Assembly (NCBI RefSeq): GCF_017848645.1
Contig: NZ_JAFEIF010000077.1
Location: forward strand, 38,398-102,397
Direction of reading: 5' to 3'
From: Limnohabitans sp.
GTDB taxonomy: Bacteria; Pseudomonadota; Gammaproteobacteria; Burkholderiales; Burkholderiaceae_C
Length of the DNA stretch: 64,000 bases
The stretch's first letter is position 1; each line of letters begins with the position of its first letter. The notes below the pieces were generated by a model. It had not been told where the DNA came from and ran no database searches. It worked only from the letters and a program-made list of their open reading frames with translations. Below, in pieces: positions 36,691-49,095 of the stretch. The position numbers and the translations under genes are program-made.

Positions 36691-37412
36691 TCATCGGTCC
36701 GTGGCGTTCATGCACTCTGGCAAGTCGGCCAGCGTGTCCAACCAAGCGGCCGCTGGAGTGTCTTGCACGCGCTGACCGTGGTTGTAGCCGTACGTGACCA
36801 GCACCACCGGGCATCCCGCTGCGTGGGCGGCCTGCGCGTCGTTGCTGGAATCGCCCACCATCAAGGTTCGCGCGGCGTGGGTGCCCATCGCCTCACAGGT
36901 TTTGATCAAGGGCAAAGGGTCGGGCTTTTTGCGCTCGAAACTGTCCCCACAAACACGGGGCCAAAAAAGTGCGCCAGTGACTTTTCTCTCAGCAAGGCCT
37001 GGGCAAAGGCCAAAGGCTTGTTGGTCAGGCAGGCCATGGGCATGCCCTGCGCAGCCAATGCCTCCAGTGCCTCCAGCGCGCCAGGGTAGACATCGGCAAA
37101 TTGACCATTGATTGCCAAATAGTGGTGCTGGTAGCGCTGCCATGCACGGCCGAAAAGGGCTTCCACCGACAGGACAGGGTAGGCTTGCCCCACGCCTTTG
37201 ACTTCGGGCCGGTTGATTTGATGCGCCAGCAAGGTGCGGATCAGGTGCTCGGAGCCTTTGCCAATGGTTTGCGCAATCAGCGCGTCCGACACCGGCGGCA
37301 AGTCCAGATCGGCCATGGTGCGGTGCAAAGCCACCTGAAAATCACCAAAGGTGTGCACCAGGGTGCCGTCCAGGTCAAAAATGACCGCGTCAATATGCGT
37401 CAGATCGTACAT
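36691..37412 (-). pseudogene. gph: Phosphoglycolate phosphatase split by a 1-nt frameshift near 36950 (real lesion or sequence error)
   Basis: N-half (FDLDGTL...LTNKP) in ORF 36906..37412; C-half (GDSFERKKPDP...GDSSND...YGYNHG) in ORF 36691..37143; adding one G restores FGGDSF. Confidence 0.85.
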
Positions 37413-37424
37413 TCGGTGCCCCCT

Positions 37425-38105
37425 TCAGGACAAAGCAACGCGCATCTGGTCGATCACGGCTTTGTAATCGGGTTTGCCAAAAATGGCGCTGCCCGCCACA
37501 AACGTGTCGGCCCCGGCATCGGCCACGCGGCGGATGTTGTCGGCCTTGATGCCCCCGTCCACTTCCAGGCGAATGTCGCGGCCACTGCGCTCGATCCACT
37601 GGCGTACCAGCTCGACCTTGCGCAAGGCCGAATCGATGAAGCTTTGGCCACCAAAGCCGGGGTTCACGCTCATGATGAGAATCAAGTCGATCTGGTCGAT
37701 GGTCCACTCCAGCACGTCCAAGGGTTCAGCCGGGTTGAACACCAGTCCGGCCTTGACACCCTTGCTCTTGATGGCCTGGATGCTGCGGTGCACATGAGCG
37801 CTGGCATCGGGGTGAAAGCTGATGAGGTCGGCTCCGGCCTCGGCAAATGACGCGGCCAGTGCATCGACGGGCGAAATCATCAAGTGCACATCGATTGGCA
37901 CGGCCACGCCAGATGCCGTTTTGGCATGCGGCTTGAGGGCTTGGCAAATCATGGGGCCAAAGGTGAGGTTGGGCACGTAATGGTTGTCCATCACGTCAAA
38001 GTGGATCCAGTCGGCACCGGCGTCGATGACGCTTTTGACTTCCTCGCCCAAACGGGCGAAATCAGCCGAGAGGATGGAAGGGGCAATGCGGTAGGTCGTT
38101 GTCAT
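37425..38105 (-). CDS. rpe: Ribulose-phosphate 3-epimerase
   Basis: [37 protein letters not shown]. Confidence 0.97.
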   Translation of the reverse strand: MTTTYRIAPSILSADFARLGEEVKSVIDAGADWIHFDVMDNHYVPNLTFGPMICQALKPHAKTASGVAVPIDVHLMISPVDALAASFAEAGADLISFHPDASAHVHRSIQAIKSKGVKAGLVFNPAEPLDVLEWTIDQIDLILIMSVNPGFGGQSFIDSALRKVELVRQWIERSGRDIRLEVDGGIKADNIRRVADAGADTFVAGSAIFGKPDYKAVIDQMRVALS

Positions 38106-38134
38106 CCCTGAATTGTCGCAGTTAACATGTGAAG

Positions 38135-38527
38135 ATGTCCGCCTACACCGTTCAAATTGATGTGCTGCCTCACTACGTGGCAGACCAAAGCAATCCCTTG
38201 CAGGATGTCTTCGCATTCGCCTACACCGTCACGGTCACCAACACGGGCAGGGTGCCTGTTCAGTTGATTTCTCGCCATTGGGTGATTCAGGACGAGCGCG
38301 GACACAGCGAGGAAGTCAAAGGGCTGGGCGTGGTCGGTCAACAGCCCTTGCTGCGCCCCGGTGAGTCCTTCCAATATACCAGCGGCTGCCGCTTGCGCGC
38401 TGCCAGTGGCACCATGCACGGCAGCTACTTTTTTGTCGCCGAGGACGGCCACCGCTTCGATGCCCCCATTGACACATTCGTGCTCGACGCCTCCAACGCC
38501 ATTCCCGGCGGTCGCACGTTGCATTGA
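38135..38527 (+). CDS. apaG: ApaG protein
   Basis: [32 protein letters not shown]. Confidence 0.93.
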   Translation: MSAYTVQIDVLPHYVADQSNPLQDVFAFAYTVTVTNTGRVPVQLISRHWVIQDERGHSEEVKGLGVVGQQPLLRPGESFQYTSGCRLRAASGTMHGSYFFVAEDGHRFDAPIDTFVLDASNAIPGGRTLH

Positions 38528-38565
38528 GTCGGCCCGGAGTATGGCTCTCGGTTAAGCTTTGGCCC

Positions 38566-39525
38566 ATGGGTGAATTTGAACTGATCGAACGGTTTTTCAA
38601 ACGGGCTGCGCGTCATGCAGATGTCGGCATTGGCGACGACTGCGCCATCTGGACACCCTCGCCCGGCCATCAACTGGCCATTTCCGCTGACATGTTGGTT
38701 GAAGGTCGGCACTTTCTCTCGACCGTCAACCCCCGTGATTTGGGTCACAAGGCTTTGGCAGTCAATTTGAGTGACTTGGCCGCTTGTGGTGCATCACCAC
38801 GCGCTTTTTTACTGTCCTTGTCATTGCCACGGGTAGACGAGCACTGGTTATCTGGTTTTTCAGAAGGCTTGTTCGCCTTGGCGGATGCACAAGGTTGTGA
38901 ATTGATCGGTGGCGACACCACCCAAGGCCCCTTGAATGTGTCCATCACGGTGTTGGGCGAGGTGCCTGCCCATCAAGCCATTTTGCGCTCGGGCGCGCAA
39001 GCCGGTGACGACGTTTATGTGAGCGGCCATCTGGGAGATGCCCGTCTGGCTCTGGAGGCATTTCGCGGCACGGTCAGCTTGCCGCAGTCAGTTTTTGAGT
39101 TGGCCCGCTCTCGCATGGAGCGGCCCGAACCACGCACAGCCCTCGGTGTTTCATTGCGCGGCGTGGCCACGGCCATGGCCGATATCAGTGATGGCCTCTT
39201 GGGAGATTTAGGTCACATTCTCAAAGCCAGCCGTGTGGGGGCAGACATCCACATCGATGCGATTGAGAATTTGATGTTGACCCATGATGCATGGGCTTGC
39301 CCACAAGACTTGTTGCAGCGATGCGTTTTGTCGGGTGGCGATGATTACGAACTGGTTTTCACCTGTCACCCTTCTAATCATCAGCGGATTCAGGCATTGG
39401 GTGAGGCTTGCGGCACGGCTGTCACGCGCATTGGTCGCATCACGGCTGATCCCCGTTTGCTTTTGCTGTCTCAAGATGGGAGTGTTTTACCCAACACCTT
39501 CAGCTCATTCGACCATTTCGCTTGA
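38566..39525 (+). CDS. thiL: Thiamine-monophosphate kinase
   Basis: MGEFELI, GIGDDCA, AVNLSDLAACGA, GGDTT, DISDGL, GGDDYEL. Confidence 0.96.
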   Translation: MGEFELIERFFKRAARHADVGIGDDCAIWTPSPGHQLAISADMLVEGRHFLSTVNPRDLGHKALAVNLSDLAACGASPRAFLLSLSLPRVDEHWLSGFSEGLFALADAQGCELIGGDTTQGPLNVSITVLGEVPAHQAILRSGAQAGDDVYVSGHLGDARLALEAFRGTVSLPQSVFELARSRMERPEPRTALGVSLRGVATAMADISDGLLGDLGHILKASRVGADIHIDAIENLMLTHDAWACPQDLLQRCVLSGGDDYELVFTCHPSNHQRIQALGEACGTAVTRIGRITADPRLLLLSQDGSVLPNTFSSFDHFA

Positions 39526-39527
39526 AG

Positions 39528-40064
39528 ATGACTACCATTTCAGATCTTCCCGTTGATTATGTGGCTCCTCCCATGAGACCCACAGCTGCTTTCATGCTGC
39601 GCCACCCAGCCCATGCCATTGCATTGGGCTTTGGTTCGGGTTTGTCACCCATAGCGCCGGGAACAGTGGGAAGCCTCTGGGGCTGGGCCTCGTGGCTGCT
39701 GATCCAAAACAGCATGTCTCTTAATGCTCAGGCGACCCTGATCCTGGTTTCTCTGGTGATGGGTTGGTGGGCATGCACCTTGACAGCACGAAACATGGGG
39801 GTGAGTGATCCCGGCGCCATCGTTTGGGACGAGATCGTGGCCATGTGGTTGATCTTGTTTTTGATCATGCCTGCGGGTTTCATCGCACAACTGGCTGCGT
39901 TTTTCTTGTTCCGATTTTTTGATGCCGTCAAACCCGGCCCTGTGGCTTGGGCAGACCGATTGTTCAAGGGTTTTGGCTGGCGCGGCGGCTGGGGCATTTT
40001 GTTTGACGATCTGGTGGCCGCCTTTTGCACGCTGCTGGTCTTGGCCTTGTGGAGGTGGTTCTGA
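39528..40064 (+). CDS. pgpA: Phosphatidylglycerophosphatase A
   Basis: GFGSGLSPIAPGTVGS, DPGAIVWDE, FRFFDAVKP, DDLVAA. Confidence 0.95.
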   Translation: MTTISDLPVDYVAPPMRPTAAFMLRHPAHAIALGFGSGLSPIAPGTVGSLWGWASWLLIQNSMSLNAQATLILVSLVMGWWACTLTARNMGVSDPGAIVWDEIVAMWLILFLIMPAGFIAQLAAFFLFRFFDAVKPGPVAWADRLFKGFGWRGGWGILFDDLVAAFCTLLVLALWRWF

Positions 40065-40543
40065 TGCGCGAATTTACACAGGTCTTAGCGGACAGGCTGA
40101 TCGACTTGGGTTGGATGATGGCCACTGCAGAAAGCTGCACAGGGGGCTTGATTGCCGCCCAATGCACGGATCTGCCCGGTTCAAGTCGCTGGTTTGATCG
40201 TGGTTTGGTGACCTACTCCAATTCGGCCAAGTCTGAGTTATTGGGCGTTGATGCGTCATTGATTGAGGTGCATGGCGCAGTGAGCGAGCCGGTGGCCCGT
40301 GCCATGGCCTTGGGTTCCGTGTACAGAACAAACGCCCGGGCGTCCGTTTCGGTCACAGGCATTGCAGGGCCTGATGGTGGCACTGTTGCCAAACCGGTGG
40401 GCACGGTCTGGTTCGGCTGGTGCATCGATGGCTTGATTTATTCAGAGTGCCAACTTTTTAGCGGCACTCGACAGCAGGTGCGCCAAGCCAGCTGCGCGCA
40501 TGCACTCGTGGGTTTAAGCCAGCGCTTGCCGGTTAAGACATGA
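40064..40543 (+). CDS. pncC: CinA C-terminal domain protein / NMN deamidase
   Basis: TAESCTGG, GLVTYSN, GAVSE, SVTGIAGP, PVGTVW. Confidence 0.85.
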   Translation: MREFTQVLADRLIDLGWMMATAESCTGGLIAAQCTDLPGSSRWFDRGLVTYSNSAKSELLGVDASLIEVHGAVSEPVARAMALGSVYRTNARASVSVTGIAGPDGGTVAKPVGTVWFGWCIDGLIYSECQLFSGTRQQVRQASCAHALVGLSQRLPVKT

Positions 40544-40601
40544 CGCAAGCCTCTGACCATTGATTTTTCAGCAGTAGTTGGATACATCTGAAACAGAAAC
40601 G

Positions 40602-40628
40602 AAAAAACCCTCCGAAGAGGGTTTTTTT
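40602..40628. terminator. Bidirectional intrinsic terminator
   Basis: A6-CCCTC-CGAA-GAGGG-T7 between convergent pncC and tRNA-fMet. Confidence 0.85.
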
Positions 40629-40651
40629 GATTTTCAACCGCAGTTGAAATT

Positions 40652-40728
<77 letters not shown>

Positions 40729-40746
40729 GTATCTGTAAATTATACC

Positions 40747-41133
40747 TTACTCAGCTGCTGTTTCGGCAGGAGTTTCGGCACGATCGACCAATTCAACCAA
40801 GGCCATTGGTGCGTTGTCACCCACGCGGTAACCCATTTTCAGGATGCGTGTGTAACCACCAGGGCGCGAAGCCGAACGTGGACCCAGCACATTGAACAAT
40901 TTGGTGACGCTGTCGCGGTCACGCAAACGGTTGAACGCCAAGCGTCGGTTCGACAAGTTGTCCACTTTGGCCAAAGTGATCATGGGCTCGATCACGCGGC
41001 GCAATTCTTTGGCCTTAGGCACTGTGGTTTTGATGACTTCATGCTCAATGAGCGAATTCATCATGTTCTGCAGCATCGCAAGACGGTGCGAGCTGGTGCG
41101 ATTCAGTTTACGAAGGCCGTGTCCGTGACGCAT
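40747..41133 (-). CDS. rplQ: 50S ribosomal protein L17
   Basis: [27 protein letters not shown]. Confidence 0.98.
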   Translation of the reverse strand: MRHGHGLRKLNRTSSHRLAMLQNMMNSLIEHEVIKTTVPKAKELRRVIEPMITLAKVDNLSNRRLAFNRLRDRDSVTKLFNVLGPRSASRPGGYTRILKMGYRVGDNAPMALVELVDRAETPAETAAE

Positions 41134-41215
41134 GGTGCTTTCCTTTCTTTATTAAACAGACAGCCGTATCAGGTACTGTCCGTGCACACCCCGGATTATT
41201 TCCAGGAACTTGAGA

Positions 41216-42208
41216 TTATCGCTTTTCCAGACCTGCTGGTGGCCAGGCTTCGAGCTTCATGCCCAAAGTCAAACCACGCGAGGCCAGAACTTCCTTGATT
41301 TCGTTGAGTGATTTGCGACCCAGGTTAGGGGTCTTGAGCAATTCATTCTCGGTACGCTGGATCAAGTCGCCAATGTAGTAAATGTTTTCTGCTTTGAGGC
41401 AGTTGGCCGAACGAACGGTGAGTTCGAGTTCGTCCACAGGGCGCAACAGGATCGGGTCGAAACTGCCCGCACCACCACGCACAGCAGGCGCATCAAAGGC
41501 AGACAGTTCGCTGCCTTCCAGTTGTGCAAACACGGCCAGCTGTTCGACCAGAATCTTGGACGATGCACGCACGGCGTCTTCGGCTGTGATGGCACCGTTG
41601 GTTTCGATTTCGATGACCAACTTGTCCAGATCGGTACGTTGCTCAACACGTGCGCTTTCGACGGTGTAGCTCACGCGCTTGACAGGCGAGAACGAAGCGT
41701 CAAGCACAATACGGCCCAAGGCTTTGGTGGGCTCGTCGGCGTAACGACGCATGCTGCCTGGCACATAACCACGGCCTTTTTCGACCTTGATTTGCATGTC
41801 CAGTTTGCCGCCTTGCGACAGATTGGCAATCACGTGCTCAGGGTTGATGATTTCCACATCGTGCGGTGTCTGGATATCAGCTGCCGTGACCGGGCCTTCT
41901 CCATCCTTGCGCAGGCTGAGTGTGACTTCATCACGGTTGTGCAACTTGAAGACCACGCCTTTGAGGTTCAACAGGATGTTCACCACATCTTGCTGAACGC
42001 CATCGATGGAGGAGTACTCGTGCACGACGCCTGCGATGGTGACTTCAGTAGCGGAGTAACCGACCATGGAAGACAGCAAAACACGGCGCAGGGCATTACC
42101 CAAGGTATGGCCGTAGCCACGCTCAAAAGGCTCCAACGTGACTTTGGCACGGTTGGCCGCCAGTTGTTCGACCTGGATAGCTTTGGGTTTCAACAGATTG
42201 GTTTGCAT
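41216..42208 (-). CDS. rpoA: RNA polymerase alpha subunit
   Basis: [40 protein letters not shown]. Confidence 0.99.
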   Translation of the reverse strand: MQTNLLKPKAIQVEQLAANRAKVTLEPFERGYGHTLGNALRRVLLSSMVGYSATEVTIAGVVHEYSSIDGVQQDVVNILLNLKGVVFKLHNRDEVTLSLRKDGEGPVTAADIQTPHDVEIINPEHVIANLSQGGKLDMQIKVEKGRGYVPGSMRRYADEPTKALGRIVLDASFSPVKRVSYTVESARVEQRTDLDKLVIEIETNGAITAEDAVRASSKILVEQLAVFAQLEGSELSAFDAPAVRGGAGSFDPILLRPVDELELTVRSANCLKAENIYYIGDLIQRTENELLKTPNLGRKSLNEIKEVLASRGLTLGMKLEAWPPAGLEKR

Positions 42209-42308
42209 TCAGACTTCCTCTCAATACCCCCGGTTCGTTACACCGGTAAGGCTGATGAAGCACCCGACCCACAATGCCTTGTGCGTCGGGAACGATTGAA
42301 ACAGCGTA

Positions 42309-42932
42309 TTAACGTGAATACAGTTCGACGATCAACGATTCGTTGATGTCGGCACCGAATTCGTCGCGATCAGGCACTTTCTTGAAAGTACCTTCGGCCT
42401 TGTCGGCATTGACTTCCACCCATGCAGGCATTCCCACTTGAGCGGCCAGTTGCAGCGCCTCGACCACGCGGTTTTGCTTCTTGGATTTTTCACGAACAGC
42501 CACCACATCACCGGCCTTGACCAGGTAGGAGGGGATGTTCACGGATTGACCGTTCACGGTGATGGCTTTGTGCGAAACCATTTGACGAGCTTCTGCACGT
42601 GTCGAGCCAAAGCCCATGCGGTAAACCACGTTGTCCAGACGGCACTCGAGCAAAGCCAACAGGTTGGAACCTGTGTTGCCCTTGCGGCGGTCAGCTTCGG
42701 CAAAGTAGCGGCGGAACTGCTTCTCCAGCACGCCGTACATGCGTTTGACTTTTTGTTTTTCACGCAACTGCAGACCGTAGTCGGATGTGCGCTGACCCGA
42801 AGTGCGACCGTGCTGGCCTGGCTTGGAATCAAATTTGGACTTGTCCGCGATGGAGCGGCGTGCGCTCTTGAGGAACAGGTCGGTGCCTTCACGGCGGGAG
42901 AGTTTGGCCTTGGGGCCGAGGTAGCGTGCCAC
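42309..42932 (-). CDS. rpsD: 30S ribosomal protein S4
   Basis: [25 protein letters not shown]. Confidence 0.98.
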   Translation of the reverse strand: MARYLGPKAKLSRREGTDLFLKSARRSIADKSKFDSKPGQHGRTSGQRTSDYGLQLREKQKVKRMYGVLEKQFRRYFAEADRRKGNTGSNLLALLECRLDNVVYRMGFGSTRAEARQMVSHKAITVNGQSVNIPSYLVKAGDVVAVREKSKKQNRVVEALQLAAQVGMPAWVEVNADKAEGTFKKVPDRDEFGADINESLIVELYSR

Positions 42933-43018
42933 TTGATTTTCCTTTATGCAGCTGCCGCATCAACAAATGCGGGAGCCAGGCGATGCAAGCATGGCCTGGC
43001 GGTGGGCTTGGTTTGAAA

Positions 43019-43423
43019 TTAAATGCGGCGGCGCTTTTGAGGGCGGCAGCCGTTGTGGGGAACCGGTGTGACATCGGCAATCGATGTGATGCGGATGCCC
43101 AGTGCACCCAAGGCACGAACCGAAGATTCACGACCTGGGCCGGGGCCCTTGATCTCGACGTCCAGGTTTTTAATGCCTTGTTCTTGCGCGGCACGACCAG
43201 CCACTTCAGAGGCGACCTGAGCTGCAAAAGGTGTCGATTTGCGCGAACCCTTGAAGCCCTGACCACCCGATGAAGCCCACGACAAGGCGTTGCCTTGGCG
43301 ATCGGTGATCGTGATGATGGTGTTGTTGAACGAAGCGTGCACGTGAGCAATACCGTCTGCAATGTTCTTGCGGACTTTTTTGCGGACACGTTGTGCTGCG
43401 CTGTTTGATTGTGCTTTTGCCAT
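43019..43423 (-). CDS. rpsK: 30S ribosomal protein S11
   Basis: [28 protein letters not shown]. Confidence 0.98.
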   Translation of the reverse strand: MAKAQSNSAAQRVRKKVRKNIADGIAHVHASFNNTIITITDRQGNALSWASSGGQGFKGSRKSTPFAAQVASEVAGRAAQEQGIKNLDVEIKGPGPGRESSVRALGALGIRITSIADVTPVPHNGCRPQKRRRI

Positions 43424-43442
43424 GGTGGTCTCTCAATCCTGC

Positions 43443-43808
43443 TTATTTCTTCAGAGCCGCAGCGCCTTTGCGCGGACCCTTGCGAGTACGTGCATTGGTA
43501 CGTGTACGCTGACCGCGCATGGGCAAACCGCGACGGTGGCGGAAACCACGGTAGCAACCGATGTCCATCAAACGCTTGATGTTCATGGTGGTTTCGCGGC
43601 GCAGGTCACCTTCGATGGTGAAGACTGCGATCTGGTCGCGAATTTTTTCCAGGTCTGCGTCGGTCAGGTCCTTGATCTTCTTCGAATAAGCGATGCCAGA
43701 AGCTTCGCAAATTTGTCGAGCGCGGGTGCGACCAATACCGAAAATGGCGGTCAAGCCAATTTCAGCATGTTTGTGCGGCGGAATGTTGATGCCAGCGATA
43801 CGTGCCAT
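43443..43808 (-). CDS. rpsM: 30S ribosomal protein S13
   Basis: [27 protein letters not shown]. Confidence 0.98.
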   Translation of the reverse strand: MARIAGINIPPHKHAEIGLTAIFGIGRTRARQICEASGIAYSKKIKDLTDADLEKIRDQIAVFTIEGDLRRETTMNIKRLMDIGCYRGFRHRRGLPMRGQRTRTNARTRKGPRKGAAALKK

Positions 43809-43832
43809 TTTCGTCCTCTAAAACTAATTCAA

Positions 43833-43946
43833 TCAGCCTTGACGCTGCTTATGACGTGGATCGGTGCAGATCACACGAACAACGCCTTTACGGCGGATGA
43901 CTTTGCAGTTACGGCAAATTTTTTTCACCGAAGCAGAAACTCTCAT
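43833..43946 (-). CDS. rpmJ: 50S ribosomal protein L36 (Zn-ribbon type)
   Basis: Manual translation [37 protein letters not shown]; too short for the track. Confidence 0.97.
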   Translation of the reverse strand: MRVSASVKKICRNCKVIRRKGVVRVICTDPRHKQRQG

Positions 43947-44051
43947 GGTTCTCTCCTAAAACTCATCGATACCCAGACTTCGCAGACCAGGTGAAAAATA
44001 TGGCCCCTCGCCACAGCTCGGGGTTCTTTTACCAAACATGCATCAAGTCGG

Positions 44052-45371
44052 TTAGGACTTGAAGTTCGCTTTCTTCAAAAGCGAGTCGTACTGTTGTGAC
44101 ATCAAGTAGTTTTGTACTTGTGCCATGAAATCCATCGTCACGACCACAATGATCAGCAGTGAAGTGCCACCAAAGTAAAACGGAACATTGTATTTCAGAA
44201 TCAAAAACTCAGGCAGCAAACACACAAAGGTGATGTAAGCCGCGCCCACTGCGGTCAAACGCAGCAAGATCTTGTCGATGTATTTGGCTGTTTGATCACC
44301 CGGGCGAATGCCTGGGATGAAAGCGCCACTTTTCTTCAGGTTGTCTGCAGTTTCACGGCTGTTGAACACCAACGCTGTGTAAAAGAAGCAGAAGAAAATG
44401 ATGGCCGCCGCGTAAAACATGACGTAAACAGGTTGACCAGGTGCCAGCGCATTCGCCACATCCTTGAAAAACCTGACCAGGATGCTCTCAGATGTTCCCG
44501 AGCTGAACCAGCCAATCAAGGTCGCTGGCAACAAAATGATCGATGAGGCAAAGATCGGAGGAATCACGCCTGCCATGTTCAGCTTGAGCGGCAAGTGTGA
44601 CGATTGACCGCCATACACCTTGTTACCCACCTGACGGCGTGCGTAATTGACCAGAATCTTTCGCTGACCACGTTCGACAAAGACCACAAAGTAAGTGACC
44701 AAGGCCACCACCACGATGATCAACATCGAGATCAGAGGGTTCATCGCACCTGTACGGACCAGTTCAAACAACCCACCCAAAGCGCTCGGTAAACCTGCAG
44801 CAATGCCTGCAAAGATCAATATCGAGATGCCGTTGCCCAAACCACGCTCAGTGATTTGCTCACCCAACCACATCAGAAACATGGCTCCAGCGGTCAAACT
44901 GACCACGGCTGTCATTCGGAATCCCATACCTGGATTGATGACCAAGCCAGCAGAAGCTTCCAATGCAACGGCAATACCGAAAGACTGAAAAATTGCCAAG
45001 CCTAATGCACCAAATCGCGTGTACTGGGTGATCTTGCGACGACCCGCTTCACCCTCTTTTTTCATTTGCTCGAACGTGGGAACCACGTAGGTCATCAGCT
45101 GCATCACGATGGAAGCGGAGATGTAGGGCATGATGCCCAAAGCAAAAATGGTGAAGCGCGACAGTGCACCACCCGAAAACATGTTGAACAAGTTCAGGAT
45201 GCCGCCTTGTTGACCGTTGAACAACTGCTTGAGTTGGTCAGGGTCGATACCAGGTACTGGAATGTGGGCGCCGATGCGGTAAACCACCAACGCCAACAGC
45301 AGGAAGACCAGTCGACGACGCAAGTCACCGTACTTGCCTGCTTTGGCTGTTTGATTAGCGTTGGTTGCCAC
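44052..45371 (-). CDS. secY: Preprotein translocase SecY
   Basis: [37 protein letters not shown]. Confidence 0.98.
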   Translation of the reverse strand: MATNANQTAKAGKYGDLRRRLVFLLLALVVYRIGAHIPVPGIDPDQLKQLFNGQQGGILNLFNMFSGGALSRFTIFALGIMPYISASIVMQLMTYVVPTFEQMKKEGEAGRRKITQYTRFGALGLAIFQSFGIAVALEASAGLVINPGMGFRMTAVVSLTAGAMFLMWLGEQITERGLGNGISILIFAGIAAGLPSALGGLFELVRTGAMNPLISMLIIVVVALVTYFVVFVERGQRKILVNYARRQVGNKVYGGQSSHLPLKLNMAGVIPPIFASSIILLPATLIGWFSSGTSESILVRFFKDVANALAPGQPVYVMFYAAAIIFFCFFYTALVFNSRETADNLKKSGAFIPGIRPGDQTAKYIDKILLRLTAVGAAYITFVCLLPEFLILKYNVPFYFGGTSLLIIVVVTMDFMAQVQNYLMSQQYDSLLKKANFKS

Positions 45372-45393
45372 GTTGTTTCTCGTCCATCAAGGT

Positions 45394-45825
45394 TCAGGCC
45401 ACGGAGCCACCAGCAGCTTCAATCGCTGCCTTGGCACCTGCAGTTGCGCCAATGCCTGTCAGCTTGACAGCCTTGGTCAACTCACCGGTGTTGATGACTT
45501 TGACCACTTTGGCCATGTGCGCCACCAGACCAGCTTGCTTCAAAGACAAAACATCGACTTCAGCCATGTCCAGACGCGACAGCGTGGTCAGGGTGATCTC
45601 AGCGTTGTATTTGAGCGTTTGTGACTTGAATCCGCGCTTGGGCAAACGACGCTGCAAAGGCATTTGACCGCCTTCGAAACCCACCTTGTGGTAACCACCC
45701 GAACGGGATTTTTGACCTTTGTGACCGCGACCTGCAGTCTTGCCCAGGCCGGAGCCGATGCCACGACCAACTCGGCGTGGCGCATGCTTGGAGCCTTCTG
45801 CGGGCTTGATGCTATTGAGTTCCAT
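45394..45825 (-). CDS. rplO: 50S ribosomal protein L15
   Basis: [25 protein letters not shown]. Confidence 0.97.
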   Translation of the reverse strand: MELNSIKPAEGSKHAPRRVGRGIGSGLGKTAGRGHKGQKSRSGGYHKVGFEGGQMPLQRRLPKRGFKSQTLKYNAEITLTTLSRLDMAEVDVLSLKQAGLVAHMAKVVKVINTGELTKAVKLTGIGATAGAKAAIEAAGGSVA

Positions 45826-45835
45826 CATCAGCCTC

Positions 45836-46018
45836 TTAGAGAACTTTGACCAGATAACTGATCTTGTTGATCATGCCGCGCACTGCGGGCGTGTCTTGCA
45901 ACTCGCTCACAGAGTTCAGCTTGCGCAAACCCAAGCCACGCACTGTGGCGCGGTGGGAAACTTTGGTGCCAATCGGGCTGCGAACCAGTTGGACTTTCAC
46001 AGTAGTTGCTGTTGTCAT
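45836..46018 (-). CDS. rpmD: 50S ribosomal protein L30
   Basis: [23 protein letters not shown]. Confidence 0.96.
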   Translation of the reverse strand: MTTATTVKVQLVRSPIGTKVSHRATVRGLGLRKLNSVSELQDTPAVRGMINKISYLVKVL

Positions 46019-46032
46019 GTTCGTTCTCCGGT

Positions 46033-46551
46033 TCAGCCGAACAGCTCTTCAACCGACTTGCCGCGCTTAGCAGCCACGTTAGAGGCTGTTGTGCAGTTGG
46101 ACAATGCGTCCAAGGTGGCACGAACCATGTTGTAAGGGTTGGACGAACCATGGCTCTTGGCCACGATGTCAGTAATGCCCACCACTTCGAACACAGCACG
46201 CATAGGACCACCAGCAATGATGCCGGTACCCTTGGGAGCTGGTGCCATCATGACGCGGGCTGCGCCGTGGTGACCGTTCACGGCGTGGTGAATCGTGCCA
46301 TTTTTGAGGTGGACTTTGGCCAGGTTGCGACGGGCTTCTTCCATCGCTTTTTGCACAGCTGCTGGCACTTCTTTCGATTTGCCTTTGCCCATGCCGACTT
46401 TGCCGTCGCCATCACCGACCACGGTCAAGGCTGCGAAACCGAGGATACGGCCGCCTTTGACCACCTTGGTCACGCGGTTGACCGCGATCATCTTCTCGCG
46501 CAGACCGTCTTCTGGACCGTCGCTCTGCGGTTTTGCTGTAAATTTAGCCAT
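46033..46551 (-). CDS. rpsE: 30S ribosomal protein S5
   Basis: [22 protein letters not shown]. Confidence 0.98.
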   Translation of the reverse strand: MAKFTAKPQSDGPEDGLREKMIAVNRVTKVVKGGRILGFAALTVVGDGDGKVGMGKGKSKEVPAAVQKAMEEARRNLAKVHLKNGTIHHAVNGHHGAARVMMAPAPKGTGIIAGGPMRAVFEVVGITDIVAKSHGSSNPYNMVRATLDALSNCTTASNVAAKRGKSVEELFG

Positions 46552-46568
46552 TTGTAACTCCGATCCGT

Positions 46569-46934
46569 TTAGAACTGCAGACCTGCTTCACGGGCTGCTT
46601 CGGCCAAAGCCTTGACACGACCGTGGTAAGCGAAACCTGCGCGGTCGAAGGCGACCTTCTCAACGCCAGCAGCTTTTGCTTTTTCAGCAATGCGCTTGCC
46701 AATGACGGTGGCTGCTGCGGCATTGCCGCCTTTGCCTGCTGCACCCAGTGCTGTGCGCACGTCGGCTTCGGCGGTGGAGGCACTTGCCAACACTTTGGTA
46801 CCACAACCAGAAATAACGCTGGCGTAGATGTGCAAGTTGGTGCGGCTCACGGTCAAACGTGCCACGCCTTGCTGTGCAATGCGGATGCGTGTTTGGCGTG
46901 CACGACGCAGACGCTGCTCTTTCTTGGTCAACAT
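46569..46934 (-). CDS. rplR: 50S ribosomal protein L18
   Basis: [28 protein letters not shown]. Confidence 0.97.
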   Translation of the reverse strand: MLTKKEQRLRRARQTRIRIAQQGVARLTVSRTNLHIYASVISGCGTKVLASASTAEADVRTALGAAGKGGNAAAATVIGKRIAEKAKAAGVEKVAFDRAGFAYHGRVKALAEAAREAGLQF

Positions 46935-46945
46935 GATGCAGCTCC

Positions 46946-47479
46946 TTATTTCTTCTTGGTCTCTTTGATCGTGATCTTCTCATCCGAATAACGGATGCCT
47001 TTGCCTTTGTAAGGCTCAGGAGGACGAACAGCACGGATCTCAGCAGCAATTTGGCCAACACGTTGACGGTCAGCACCCTTGATCACGATTTCGGTCGCGG
47101 TTGGGGTGGCCACCGTGATGCCAGCAGGCATGTCGATGTTGACAGGGTGTGAATAACCCACGGCCAGGTTCAGTTTGGCGCCAGCGGCTGCCGCTTTGTA
47201 ACCCACACCGACCAGGTTCAGCTTCTTTTCAAAGCCTTTGGTCACACCAGTGACCATGTTGTTCACCAGCTGACGCATGGTGCCGCTCATGGCATTGGCT
47301 TCACGTGAATCGTTGGCAGGCGCAAAGCTGAGCTTGCCGCCTTCGTTGTTCACGGTTACCAGCATGTTGGCGGAAATGGCCAATTGACCACCTGCACCTT
47401 TTACGCTGATTTGTGTTGCATTGATCGACACATCCACGCCAGCGGGGATGGTCACAGGCATTTTTCCTACTCGGGACAT
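46946..47479 (-). CDS. rplF: 50S ribosomal protein L6
   Basis: [19 protein letters not shown]. Confidence 0.98.
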   Translation of the reverse strand: MSRVGKMPVTIPAGVDVSINATQISVKGAGGQLAISANMLVTVNNEGGKLSFAPANDSREANAMSGTMRQLVNNMVTGVTKGFEKKLNLVGVGYKAAAAGAKLNLAVGYSHPVNIDMPAGITVATPTATEIVIKGADRQRVGQIAAEIRAVRPPEPYKGKGIRYSDEKITIKETKKK

Positions 47480-47495
47480 TCAGTCTCTCCTGCCT

Positions 47496-47891
47496 TTAAG
47501 CGACGTAGCACAGCACTTCGCCACCGACACCGGCTGCGCGCGCTTTGCGGTCGGTCATCACACCTTGGGGTGTGGTGACAATGGCGACACCCAAGCCATT
47601 TTGGACTTGTGGGATGGCATCACGGCCTTTGTACACGCGCAGGCCAGGGCGGCTCACGCGCTCGATGCGCTCAATGACTGGGCGACCGGCGTAGTACTTC
47701 AGGGCGATTTCGAGAACGGCTTTGCCGTCTTCGGTTTTGACTTGGAAGCCGTCAATGTAACCTTCATCCTTGAGCACCTGGGCAATGGCCACCTTCACTT
47801 TGGAAGAAGGCACCATCACAGCAGCCTTGGCCACCATTTGTGCGTTGCGAATGCGGGTCAACAGATCGGCAATGGGATCACTCATGCTCAT
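47496..47891 (-). CDS. rpsH: 30S ribosomal protein S8
   Basis: [28 protein letters not shown]. Confidence 0.98.
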   Translation of the reverse strand: MSMSDPIADLLTRIRNAQMVAKAAVMVPSSKVKVAIAQVLKDEGYIDGFQVKTEDGKAVLEIALKYYAGRPVIERIERVSRPGLRVYKGRDAIPQVQNGLGVAIVTTPQGVMTDRKARAAGVGGEVLCYVA

Positions 47892-47909
47892 GTTGTTATC
47901 TCCTGCCGA

Positions 47910-48215
47910 TTACCAGCTGGCCTTGGTCACGCCCGGGATATGACCGGCGAAGGCCATTTCACGGATCTTGGCGCGGCCCAGACCAAATTGACGGAACGTA
48001 CCGCGTGGGCGACCGGTGATTTCACAGCGGTTGCGTTGACGGGTCGGGTTGGCGTTGCGTGGGAGCTTTTGCAGACCCAGACGGGCAGCTGCACGCTCTT
48101 CATCGCTGCGCTTGAAATCATTGGCAACGGCCTTCAATTCCGCGTATTTCTTCGCGAATTTGGCTGCCAGTTTTTCACGCTTGAGCTCGCGCTCGATCAA
48201 AGCTACTTTAGCCAC
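47910..48215 (-). CDS. rpsN: 30S ribosomal protein S14
   Basis: GTG start at 48215; [21 protein letters not shown]; 101 aa. Confidence 0.97.
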   Translation of the reverse strand: MAKVALIERELKREKLAAKFAKKYAELKAVANDFKRSDEERAAARLGLQKLPRNANPTRQRNRCEITGRPRGTFRQFGLGRAKIREMAFAGHIPGVTKASW

Positions 48216-48223
48216 GTGGCACC

Positions 48224-48763
48224 TCAGTTCTTGAAGGGGAAGCGGAAAGCTGCCAAGAGCGCTTTGCACTCTTCGTCAGACTTGGCCGTGGTGGTGATGC
48301 TGATGTTGAGACCGCGCAAGGCATCGACCTTGTCGTACTCAATTTCAGGGAAAATGATCTGCTCTTTGACGCCGATGTTGTAGTTGCCACGGCCATCGAA
48401 GGCACGGCCGGAAATACCACGGAAGTCACGCACGCGGGGCAATGCCACGGTGACGAAACGGTCCAGGAATTCATACATCTGAACGCCACGCAGGGTCACC
48501 ATGCAACCGATGGGCTGCTGCTCACGGATTTTGAAACCCGCAATCGCCTTCTTGGCCTTGGTGACCACAGGTTTTTGACCTGCAATTTTGGTCAGATCGC
48601 TCACAGCGTGGTCCATGACTTTCTTATCGGCCACAGCTTCAGACACACCCATGTTCAAGGTGATCTTGGTGATGCGAGGCACCTGCATGGGTGACTTGTA
48701 GCCGAATTTGGCTGTCAGGTCAGCAGCGATTTTCTCGCGAAAGAGTTGTTGCAAACGTGCCAT
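48224..48763 (-). CDS. rplE: 50S ribosomal protein L5
   Basis: [30 protein letters not shown]. Confidence 0.98.
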   Translation of the reverse strand: MARLQQLFREKIAADLTAKFGYKSPMQVPRITKITLNMGVSEAVADKKVMDHAVSDLTKIAGQKPVVTKAKKAIAGFKIREQQPIGCMVTLRGVQMYEFLDRFVTVALPRVRDFRGISGRAFDGRGNYNIGVKEQIIFPEIEYDKVDALRGLNISITTTAKSDEECKALLAAFRFPFKN

Positions 48764-48765
48764 GC

Positions 48766-49086
48766 TCATGCCACCTTGATTTCTTCGCCGCTGGACTTGT
48801 AAACGCGAACGCGTTTGCCGTCAGCCTGCAACTTGATGCCCACGCGATCAGCCTTGCCAGTTGCAGCGTTGAAAATCGCCACATTGGATTGGTGAATCGG
48901 CATGGCCTTTTCGATGATGCCACCAGTTGTGCCCTTCATAGGGTTTGGCTTGGCGTGTTTTTTGACGATGTTGATACCGTCAATCAGCAGGTGCGAGTCG
49001 CTGGCGCGCGACGACACTTTGCCGCGCTTGCCTTTGTCACGACCTGTGATGACGATGACCTCGTCGCCTGTGCGAATCTTGTTCAT
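48766..49086 (-). CDS. rplX: 50S ribosomal protein L24
   Basis: [23 protein letters not shown]. Confidence 0.97.
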   Translation of the reverse strand: MNKIRTGDEVIVITGRDKGKRGKVSSRASDSHLLIDGINIVKKHAKPNPMKGTTGGIIEKAMPIHQSNVAIFNAATGKADRVGIKLQADGKRVRVYKSSGEEIKVA

Positions 49087-49095
49087 GGCGCGTCC

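Noticed and set aside
36945-36968. Programmed -1 frameshift in gph at the T6 run
   Set aside because: Not an in-frame X XXY YYZ heptamer, and shifting there gives WPRVCGD rather than the family-like GPVFGGD.
38566-40543. Lower GC of thiL-pgpA-pncC as horizontal transfer
   Set aside because: Impression from a few lines counted by eye only; the gene order is the standard betaproteobacterial one and there are no mobility signs.
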